A DNA stretch of 63,954 nt, counting the filler, from Caldilineae bacterium (lineage in GTDB: Bacteria > Chloroflexota > Anaerolineae > DTLA01): the NCBI GenBank assembly GCA_037446815.1. It is 10 parts of 10 records of this genome, joined end to end, with 100 filler letters (N's around TTAATTAATTAA, not from the genome) between each part and the next. Parts side by side here need not be neighbours in the genome. Positions count along the whole stretch, not along the records: positions 53,121 to 59,209 come from JBBIHX010000169.1; positions 59,310 to 63,954 come from JBBIHX010000202.1; 8 more parts are not named here. One strand, written 5' to 3'. Positions 56,707 to 63,954 of this stretch are shown here, in pieces. The first letter of the stretch is position 1. Each line of letters begins with the position of its first letter. The notes beneath the pieces are model-generated. The model did no database searches. It saw only the letters and a program-made list of their open reading frames with translations, and was not told the origin of the DNA. The position numbers and the translations under genes are program-made.

Positions 56707-56861
56707 NNNNNNNNNNNNNNNNNNNNNNNNNNNNNNNNNNNNNNNNNNNNNNNNNNNNNNNNNNNNNNNNNNNNNNNNNNNNNNNNNNNNNNNNNNNNNN
56801 NNNNNNGCTTGACGCCTGGCGCGGTTACCGTAGAATGTCCCCGTAACTGAGGAGCGTAACC

Positions 56862-58976
56862 ATGGGCGGAACCCCGAGGATTTCCCCATTCTCCAGGCGC
56901 TGGTGGACGCGCCGCCGCACCATTGCTGCCATCGTCTTGCTGGCGGCGCTCCTGCGGCTGTGGGCCGCATGGCAATTGCCGGTGGACTACGACGAGCCGG
57001 TGTACATCAAGGTGGCGTTTGACTATGCAGCGGCGATCCGCGCGGGCGACTGGAGCGCGGTCATAGACTACGCGGGCAACCGCGAGCACCCGCCGTTGGT
57101 GAAACTCCTGTACGGCGCGGGCGTGCTTGCCCTGGGGGAGGGGGCCACATGGGACGGCGCGCTGCTGATGGGGCGGCTCATCTCGGCCCTGTTCGGAACG
57201 CTGGCGGTGCTCCTGCTGTCCCTGGCTGACCCGCTGGCGGGCGCGATGCTGGCGGTGGATACGCTGGCGGTGAAGTACACGAGCCAGGCGTACTTGGAGG
57301 CGCTGCCTTCGTTCGCGTGCATCGCGGCGGTGTTGGCACTGCGCCGCTCCGCCGGACGCGATCGGTATCTGTACCTGTCGGCGGCGGCTTTGGGACTTGC
57401 GCTGGCGGGCAAACTCTCGTATGCGCCCGTGGTGTTCGCCATCGGGTACATTGTGTTGTGGGAGAGGCAGTCGAGCCGCTCGGACCTTGTGCCGTATCTG
57501 GCGCTGGCCGCTGCCGTGTTCCTCTTGCTCAACCCCACGCTGTGGCATGAGCCGCTGTCGCGCCTGGCGGAAGCCCTCACGTATCATGCCCAGTACTCGC
57601 GCAGCACCCACGTGCAGCAAATCGGCTATCCCTGGTTTCAGCCCATCCTGTGGGTTGCGTTCTCGGTTCCCTGGCATCCGGAGGTCTTCTTCTACGGCGG
57701 GTTTGACGGGCTGTTCTTCCTGCTGGCTGTCGGCGGGGCGTGGTGGCAGTGGCGCGAGCGGCGCTGGGCGGTGGTGTGGGCCGCGACGTCCATGCTGGCG
57801 CTGCTCGCCTGGCCGACGAAGTGGCCGCAGTACGCGCTCGTCGTCGTACCGGCGCTGTGCCTGATGGCGGCGGGGACGGCGCGACGTGCCTATCGGTGGG
57901 CCGCCGAACAGGAGACGTACTGGGAGTGGCTGCGCCAGATGGTGCCCATACCGCCGAGGGCCTTCTGGGTCGGGTTGGGGCTGGTCGCGCTGGCGTTTGT
58001 CGGCCTGTACGTGGCGGCGGGGGTGCAGACGGCGCTGGAGCAACGCCACTGGAGCCACATTACCAGCGCCAACACGCCCTTGCCCGCCAACGCCGTGCGC
58101 GATATCGCCACCCTGCCGGACGGGCGCGTGGCGCTGGGGACGAGCGCGGGGGGCGTGGTCTGGTCTCCCCCAACCGCGAGCGGGCCGGAATCGTGGGCGG
58201 TGTTCACCCGCGAGAACTCGGGCTTGCCCGACAATGATGTGCTGGCGGTGGCCGGGGACCCATCGGGCGCCGTGTGGTTCGGGACGGCGTCGGGGCTGGC
58301 GCGCTATGCAGGCGGCCAATGGCAGGTTTTTCGCGCTTCCGACATGGGCGTGGGCAGCGACCGCGTGCTCGCGCTTGCCGTGGGGCCAGACGGGGTGCTG
58401 TGGGCAGGGACGCAGAAGGGCGCGGCGGCCTTTGACGGTGCGACGTGGACGCCGCTCGCGCCGGAGTCGGGCCTCGCCGATGCGCTGGTGCTGTCTATCG
58501 CCGCGGAGCCGACGGGGAGGGCGGTGTGGTTCGGGACGGCGAGCGGCGCCGCGCGACTGGACGTGGGCACGGGCGGGTGGACGCGCTTCACGCCTGAGAA
58601 TTCGCCGATCGGCGTGGGCGGCGTGGCGGATCTGCTGGTGGACTCGGCCGGGCGCGTGTGGGCGGCGACGTTGGGCGGGGGGCTGGGCGTGTGGGATGGC
58701 GAGGCTTGGCGCGTGTTCAACGTGAGCAACTCGCGCATTCCGTCCAACACGGTGCAGGAGGTTCTTGAGGATGAGGCCGGCGTGCTGTGGGTGGGGTTCT
58801 CGTGGCCGACGGAGTTCGGCGGGGCGCTGGCGTCGTTTGACGGGCACTCGTGGAGGCGGTACGTGGCCGGACGCGCGGGGTTTTCCGGCGGAGAGGCGCT
58901 GGCCATCGCGCAGGACGCGCTGGGGCGCATCTGGGTCGGGACGCAGTCCGCGGGCGTGGATGTGTATAGCCGGTGA
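56862..58976 (+). CDS. GT-C (PMT-like) membrane domain fused to a Reg_prop-type beta-propeller
   Basis: DYDEPVY, EHPPLVK, TMs; then repeats NSGLPDNDV..GAVWFGT..GL; upstream TTGACG-16 bp-TAGAAT. Confidence 0.8.
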   Translation: MGGTPRISPFSRRWWTRRRTIAAIVLLAALLRLWAAWQLPVDYDEPVYIKVAFDYAAAIRAGDWSAVIDYAGNREHPPLVKLLYGAGVLALGEGATWDGALLMGRLISALFGTLAVLLLSLADPLAGAMLAVDTLAVKYTSQAYLEALPSFACIAAVLALRRSAGRDRYLYLSAAALGLALAGKLSYAPVVFAIGYIVLWERQSSRSDLVPYLALAAAVFLLLNPTLWHEPLSRLAEALTYHAQYSRSTHVQQIGYPWFQPILWVAFSVPWHPEVFFYGGFDGLFFLLAVGGAWWQWRERRWAVVWAATSMLALLAWPTKWPQYALVVVPALCLMAAGTARRAYRWAAEQETYWEWLRQMVPIPPRAFWVGLGLVALAFVGLYVAAGVQTALEQRHWSHITSANTPLPANAVRDIATLPDGRVALGTSAGGVVWSPPTASGPESWAVFTRENSGLPDNDVLAVAGDPSGAVWFGTASGLARYAGGQWQVFRASDMGVGSDRVLALAVGPDGVLWAGTQKGAAAFDGATWTPLAPESGLADALVLSIAAEPTGRAVWFGTASGAARLDVGTGGWTRFTPENSPIGVGGVADLLVDSAGRVWAATLGGGLGVWDGEAWRVFNVSNSRIPSNTVQEVLEDEAGVLWVGFSWPTEFGGALASFDGHSWRRYVAGRAGFSGGEALAIAQDALGRIWVGTQSAGVDVYSR

Positions 58977-59027
58977 GCGGCGCGAGGGGCACAGTTCCCG
59001 CGCCGCGCCTCAATCTCGGAGGGTTGT

Positions 59028-59206
59028 ATCCGCGGATGACACGGATTTGCACGAAATGGGGTTGGTGTGAGGTAGTGGCCTCGCACGTATCGGTTTCGTG
59101 TTGTGTTGGTCAGTCCGCGCGTTGCCTCTCCCTATGCCGCGCTGAGCCGAACGTGAAGCCTCTCGGTTGCCGAGATTCTTCGCGGCTTCGCCGCTCAGAA
59201 TGACAG
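59028..59206. repeat. 9-bp-period repeat plus a degenerate MITE (type B) cut by the contig end
   Basis: ATCCGCGGATGACACGGATTTGCACGAA; TCGGTTTCGTGTTGTGTTGGT..CTCAGAATGAC. Confidence 0.65.
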
Positions 59207-59350
59207 TTCNNNNNNNNNNNNNNNNNNNNNNNNNNNNNNNNNNNNNNNNNNNNTTAATTAATTAANNNNNNNNNNNNNNNNNNNNNNNNNNNNNNNNNNN
59301 NNNNNNNNNAGCGGCATTGAACTCCCTTGCTTCAGCAGCGTGCGTGGGCC

Positions 59351-59365
59351 TTGACAAACGTTTGT
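59351..59365. promoter_or_regulatory. LacI-type operator overlapping TTGACA
   Basis: Perfect palindrome ACAAACGTTTGT (59354-59365) just upstream of the LacI gene. Confidence 0.7.
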
Positions 59366-59386
59366 ATTGGCGTCGGAGGCGGGGAG

Positions 59387-60394
59387 ATGGCTGCGTCCAT
59401 CAAGGATATCGCCAGACAAGCCGGGGTGTCCTACAGCACGGTGTCCCGCGCCCTCAGCAATAGTCCCCGCGTAAAGGCCGAGACGCGCCACCGCATTCAG
59501 CAACTCGCCGCCGAAATGGGCTATCTCCCCAGCGCCGTTGCTCGCAGCCTGGTTACCCGCCGAACTATGACCCTAGGCGTCGTTGTCTCCACCATCACCG
59601 ATCTCTTCTTCGCGGAAGTCATCCAGTCCATTGAGGAGACGGCCCTCCAGTACAAGTACCAGGCCATTGTGGCCAGTTCCAACGGGGAACGCCTCCGCGA
59701 GTTGGAGGCCATCCGCGCCCTGTTGGAGCGGCGCGTGGATGGGATCATCCTGGTGTCCGCCTGTTGCCGCAGAGAGGACCTGGCTGGCAACGGGCCGGAT
59801 GTTCCCGTGGTCAGCATCAACAACCTCGGCCGGGAGCACCTCGGCTACTCCATTGAAGTGGACGACGTGGATGGGGGCAGGCAGGCCACGCGCCACCTGC
59901 TGGCCTTGGGACACCGGCGCATCGCCCATATCACCGGCCCAAGCGAGGATTGGGACAGCGTTGAGAGGCGCGAGGGATACACGCAGGAACTGCAGGCCTG
60001 GGGAGTGCCCGTGGATTCATCGCTGATCGTACACGGCGGCAACCGTCCCCCGGACGGTGTGAGGGCCATGGAGCGGCTGCTCACCCTTCGACCACGCCCC
60101 ACCGCGGTCTTCTGCTACAATGACGCAGTGGCGTTGGGGGCCATGCGCGCGGCCTACGCAGCGGGCCTGCGCATTCCCCAGCATCTGTCCGTCGTCGGGT
60201 TTGACGACATTGACCTTGCACCATTCCTTGAGCCTCCGTTGACCACCGTGGCCCAGCCCAAGCGGGAGATGGGCGCGCTCGCCGTCCGGATGATTTTAGA
60301 CCTTCTGGCAGGCGAGCAGTCGGCGCAGGACAGGGTGTTGCCGAGCCGCCTACTGATCCGCGGCTCCACCGCGCCGCCCGGCGGCAGCGAGTAG
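59387..60394 (+). CDS. LacI family transcriptional regulator
   Basis: SIKDIARQAGVSYSTVSRAL, VDGII, SVVGFDD, PPLTTV. Confidence 0.96.
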   Translation: MAASIKDIARQAGVSYSTVSRALSNSPRVKAETRHRIQQLAAEMGYLPSAVARSLVTRRTMTLGVVVSTITDLFFAEVIQSIEETALQYKYQAIVASSNGERLRELEAIRALLERRVDGIILVSACCRREDLAGNGPDVPVVSINNLGREHLGYSIEVDDVDGGRQATRHLLALGHRRIAHITGPSEDWDSVERREGYTQELQAWGVPVDSSLIVHGGNRPPDGVRAMERLLTLRPRPTAVFCYNDAVALGAMRAAYAAGLRIPQHLSVVGFDDIDLAPFLEPPLTTVAQPKREMGALAVRMILDLLAGEQSAQDRVLPSRLLIRGSTAPPGGSE

Positions 60395-60448
60395 GCGGCC
60401 GTGGCCGGGCGCGGCGCGCTACGCCACACAGGGAGGAATGTGGACATC

Positions 60449-61354
60449 ATGCCCGACAAACACATGCTGGCAGCCGTCTTTGCGGATGAGGGCACGCTGG
60501 TTGTGCGCGAAGTGCCGGTTCCGAGCGTTCGCGCTGCCGACGACGTTGTCATACGGGTTGAGGCGTGCGGCGTGTGCGGCACGGACCTTCGCATTCTGGC
60601 CGTCCCGCCGCTGGTTCGGGCCAGGAAAGGGGTCATCCTGGGGCACGAGTATGTGGGCGAGGTCGTGGAGGTAGGGCGGGGTGTGGTAGAGGTTCGCCCC
60701 GGCGAGCGCGTAACCGTGGTGCCGGACTTGCCTTGTGGGCATTGCCGTTTCTGCACGGAGGGGCGGCCGAACCTCTGCGAAAACATGGTCAGCATAGGCG
60801 GCGACCTGGACGGCGGATTTGCTCACTACTGCGTAGCGCCTGCAAGGGCCGTGCGGAAAATCAGCCCTGACCTGGCGGTGGAGGAGGCGGTGTTTGCGGA
60901 ACTCCTCGCGTGTGTCATGGGAGGGGTTCAGAAAGCCGCGTTGCTTCCGGGAGAGGATGTCGTGATTCTGGGCGCGGGGCCGGCGGGTTTGTTGTTCATG
61001 AAAGTCTTTCGGGCCGCTGGCGCGGGCAAGGTGATTATGGCGGAGGTCTCGCCCTGGCGGGCCGACTTCGCCCGTCGGGTGGGGGCCGACCTCGTCGTGA
61101 ACCCGAAGGAACATGACCTGCGCGAGGCGGTATTGGCTGCCACCGACGGTGGGGCGCATGTGGTGGTGGATGCCGTCGGTTCTGAACTGGCGGCAGCGTT
61201 GTCCATAGCCAGGAAGGGAGCGCGAGTCATTGTTTTCGGCGAGAATCAGAGGGCCGAATGCGCGATTCGCCCCTATCTCATCCAAAGCCAGGAACTGCGC
61301 ATCCTCGGAAACTACATCGGCGTTGACGTTTTCCCCAAAGCCATTGGTTTGTGA
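60449..61354 (+). CDS. Zn-dependent dehydrogenase, C-terminally truncated (possible pseudogene)
   Basis: CGVCGTD, GHE, CGHCRFC..C, GAGPAG; stops at FPKAIGL and lacks the usual last ~40 aa. Confidence 0.8.
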   Translation: MPDKHMLAAVFADEGTLVVREVPVPSVRAADDVVIRVEACGVCGTDLRILAVPPLVRARKGVILGHEYVGEVVEVGRGVVEVRPGERVTVVPDLPCGHCRFCTEGRPNLCENMVSIGGDLDGGFAHYCVAPARAVRKISPDLAVEEAVFAELLACVMGGVQKAALLPGEDVVILGAGPAGLLFMKVFRAAGAGKVIMAEVSPWRADFARRVGADLVVNPKEHDLREAVLAATDGGAHVVVDAVGSELAAALSIARKGARVIVFGENQRAECAIRPYLIQSQELRILGNYIGVDVFPKAIGL

Positions 61355-61503
61355 GCGCGGCGCATACGGACGACGATTTGTCCCGCACTCTAGAGGTGTG
61401 CGAGGCGGCTTTGCGCACGGTCAAGAAGGAACTGGCGCGCGGCTACCGCGCTCCGTCCACGTCCATGGTGCAGGTAACGGTTTCCACGCGACTTGACACA
61501 TAA
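61342..61503 (+). pseudogene. Orphan 3' fragment of a class III (HemL-like) aminotransferase
   Basis: A different frame reads HWFVSAAHTDDDLSRTLEVCEAALRTVKKEL..stop. Confidence 0.65.
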
Positions 61504-61533
61504 CACACGAAATCCGATTCCAGGGAGGGTATC

Positions 61534-62820
61534 ATGAAAGGCAGACTAGCAATCCATGGCGGGCCTCGCACGGTTCCCGAGGGTCTCAAGAAGCGTTGGC
61601 CCGAGATCACCCAGGAGGACAAGGAGGCTATCCTGGCGGTACTTGATCGCGGCATCCTCTCGGGCGTGCACGGGCCGGAGGCGACGGCACTGGAACACGA
61701 GTGGGCGGCATTTACGGGGAGCAAGCACGTGCTGAGTTTCAACAGCGGCACGGCGGCATTGCACTCGGCGCTGTTCGCGGCAGGAGTCGGCCCCGGCGAC
61801 GAGGTCATCACGACGGCGTTTTCTTTCTCCGGCACATTCCACCCAATCTTGCAGCAGAACGCTATTCCCGTCTTCGTAGATATTGATCCGCGCACCTACA
61901 ACCTGGATGTCCGAAAGGTGGAGGCCAAAATCACCGACCGCACCAAGGTGCTCATGCCAGTGCACATTCACGGGTTGCCGGCGGATATGGACGAGGTGAT
62001 GGCCTTGGCCAGGAAATACGGGCTCACCGTGATTGAGGATGCGTGCCAGGCGCACGGCGCAACGTATCGGGGGAAGATGGCCGGCTCCATCGGCGATATG
62101 GGGTGTTTCAGTCTGAACGTAACCAAGAACCTGTCCGGCGGAGAGGGCGGGTTTCTCAACACCGACAACGAGGAATTTGCGGAGCGCGCCCGGATGATCC
62201 GCACGTTCGGCGAGAAGGTGGGCAAGGAGAAGGAGAAGATCCGCCCGTACTACAGTTACGTCATCGGGTGGAACTACCGCACGCAAGAGTTGCCCGCTGC
62301 TTTCGCCCGCAGCCAGTTGAAGCGACTGCCTCGCTACAACGCGATCGCGCAGCGCAATGGCGACTTCCTCAGCAGGGAACTGGGCAAAATCAAGGGACTC
62401 ATCCCGCCCTATGTACCACCCGACCGCACGACCATCTACCACAAGTATCGCATCCGGTTTGACCCGGACGCGCTGGGGATAACCATGCCCGCGAGCGAAT
62501 TCCGCGACCGGCTGGTGAGCGCCCTGGAAGCGGAGGGCGTAGAGGCTACCCTGTGGCATGTAACGCCGTTGACCTCTTTCCCTATCTTCCAGCGGCTGAA
62601 TGAGGGATATGGCAAGGGCTGCCCGTGGAGTTGCCCGTACTACGGCCGGGCTATCCAGTACAATCCGGAGGACTACCCCGAAGCCATCCGCCTGCTGGAC
62701 ACGTCATTGGTCGTCAACTCGGAGACGTACCCCATCTACATTCAGGATATGGAATTGATGGAATGCTACGTCCAGGCGTTCCGCAAGGTGTTTGACAACC
62801 TGGACGAACTGCTGGCGTGA
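61534..62820 (+). CDS. DegT/DnrJ/EryC1/StrS aminotransferase
   Basis: NSGTAAL, GPGDEV, PVHIHG, IEDACQAHGA, FSLNVTKNL..GEGG, GWNYR. Confidence 0.94.
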   Translation: MKGRLAIHGGPRTVPEGLKKRWPEITQEDKEAILAVLDRGILSGVHGPEATALEHEWAAFTGSKHVLSFNSGTAALHSALFAAGVGPGDEVITTAFSFSGTFHPILQQNAIPVFVDIDPRTYNLDVRKVEAKITDRTKVLMPVHIHGLPADMDEVMALARKYGLTVIEDACQAHGATYRGKMAGSIGDMGCFSLNVTKNLSGGEGGFLNTDNEEFAERARMIRTFGEKVGKEKEKIRPYYSYVIGWNYRTQELPAAFARSQLKRLPRYNAIAQRNGDFLSRELGKIKGLIPPYVPPDRTTIYHKYRIRFDPDALGITMPASEFRDRLVSALEAEGVEATLWHVTPLTSFPIFQRLNEGYGKGCPWSCPYYGRAIQYNPEDYPEAIRLLDTSLVVNSETYPIYIQDMELMECYVQAFRKVFDNLDELLA

Positions 62821-62846
62821 AGAGCGGGACAGGGAGGCAGGCTCAC

Positions 62847-63860
62847 ATGGACAAAGTGAGAATCGGGGTGCTGGGCACCGGCATCATCATCCGGGACTAT
62901 CACCTGCAGACATTGCGAAACAATCCTCGGGCCGAAGTGGTGGCAGCAGGCAACCTGCATGGCGAGTCGTTGCAGCGCCTGGCGAGGGACTTTGGCATCC
63001 CGAAGGCTTATACTAACTTTGCGGCGATGGCGGCCGACCCGACGATTGACGCCGTCGTCATCGGCTTGCCAAACTACCTGCACGCACCTGTAACGATCCA
63101 GATGTTGGAAGCAGGCAAGCATGTGCTGTGCGAGAAGCCCATGGCCATGAGCGTGGCCGAGGCTCAGCAGATGCTGGACGCGGCGCGGCGCACGGGTCGC
63201 AAACTGATGATCGCCCACATGTGGCGGTTTGACCGCGAGATACGGTGGCTGCGCGACCTGGTGGCGAGCGGCGCGCTGGGCAAGGTGTTCAAGGTGAAGT
63301 CGCACGCCATCTGGCTCTATGAGGGCCCGCGGCCGGACAGTTGGTTCGTCCGCCGGAACCTGGCGGGCGGCGGAGCGCTGGCAGACATGGGCGTGCATTC
63401 CATTGACACGCTGCGGTTTGTGCTGGGCGGAGCGCGCCCAACCAAGGTGTTCGCCAACGTGGGGACTCACTTCGCGGACATTGAGTTGGAGGACACAGCC
63501 ACGCTTCTGCTTGAGTTTGAAGGTGGAATCGTGGGGGTCATTGAGTCGGGCTGGTACCACCTGTACGCCGACGGGCTGGAGGGGTACACGCAAGTCTATG
63601 GCACCCGGGGATACGCCCGCGCCTTGCCGTCGGAATTCCATTCATTTACGCAGGGGGTGTGGGGCGTTACCTATCCGAAAATGCCGCCGCGCAAGCAGCA
63701 GTGCGACCTGCCAATGTACCAGGCGCAGATGGATGCGTTCTTGGACTGCATTCTGCACGACACGGCGCCCACGCCCAGCGGCGAGGATGGCCTGTGGGCG
63801 ATGCGCGTGCTGGAGGCTGCGTACCGCTCCGCAGTGACGGGCGAGGCAGTCGCCATATAG
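62847..63860 (+). CDS. Gfo/Idh/MocA oxidoreductase
   Basis: IGVLGTG, GKHVLCEKP, GGGALADMGVHSID. Confidence 0.94.
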   Translation: MDKVRIGVLGTGIIIRDYHLQTLRNNPRAEVVAAGNLHGESLQRLARDFGIPKAYTNFAAMAADPTIDAVVIGLPNYLHAPVTIQMLEAGKHVLCEKPMAMSVAEAQQMLDAARRTGRKLMIAHMWRFDREIRWLRDLVASGALGKVFKVKSHAIWLYEGPRPDSWFVRRNLAGGGALADMGVHSIDTLRFVLGGARPTKVFANVGTHFADIELEDTATLLLEFEGGIVGVIESGWYHLYADGLEGYTQVYGTRGYARALPSEFHSFTQGVWGVTYPKMPPRKQQCDLPMYQAQMDAFLDCILHDTAPTPSGEDGLWAMRVLEAAYRSAVTGEAVAI

Positions 63861-63954
63861 CCTGGCCGCTGGCGGGCCCACCCAGATAGCGCCAGAATCC
63901 TGCTCCCGCTTCATCGGGCGCGCGGGGGCCTCTCTGCGCTGCGTGCTGGGGCGA

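Noticed and set aside
1..63954. tRNA, rRNA, transposase, integrase or prophage genes
   Set aside because: None recognised by eye; a tRNAscan/Infernal run would be needed to exclude small RNAs

Overview
A GC-rich bacterial sequence, most likely a Chloroflexota (Anaerolineae-like) metagenome bin; this is inferred from gene content and protein style. It is not one locus. Ten contigs, the eight internal ones about 6.1-6.7 kb and in descending length, are joined by artificial 100-nt N-TTAATTAATTAA-N linkers, and there are two 100-N gaps (inside mfd and inside a MATE-like gene), so gene neighbourhoods are valid only within a contig. Housekeeping genes: rseP, pth, mfd, rocD, ffh-rpsP-khpA-rimM, hisS, surE, a class A PBP and arfB. 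Accessory clusters: a CsoR-box/YHS/SHOCT copper-type region, a DUF2318-ABC operon, a pgsA/pimA/patA-like (PIM-type) operon, a LarA-like/ThDP/ADH/SCP2 operon, an ndhFSLM-like Mo-hydroxylase operon and a LacI/DegT/Gfo sugar operon. The most striking signal is non-coding. (1) A ~150-bp MITE has 26-bp TIRs and 8-bp target-site duplications, carries interchangeable REP-like palindromic cargo, and often sits 15-17 bp upstream of sigma70 -35 boxes. (2) A small GxxExxY nuclease-like gene is bracketed by inverted arrays of a ~40-bp repeat that also occurs gene-free elsewhere, an architecture like RAYT/REPIN systems. (3) Several further palindrome families cluster at contig ends. Two damaged genes were also seen: an in-frame TAG in an Fe-ADH/HOT gene, and a Zn-dehydrogenase fused out of frame to an aminotransferase tail.
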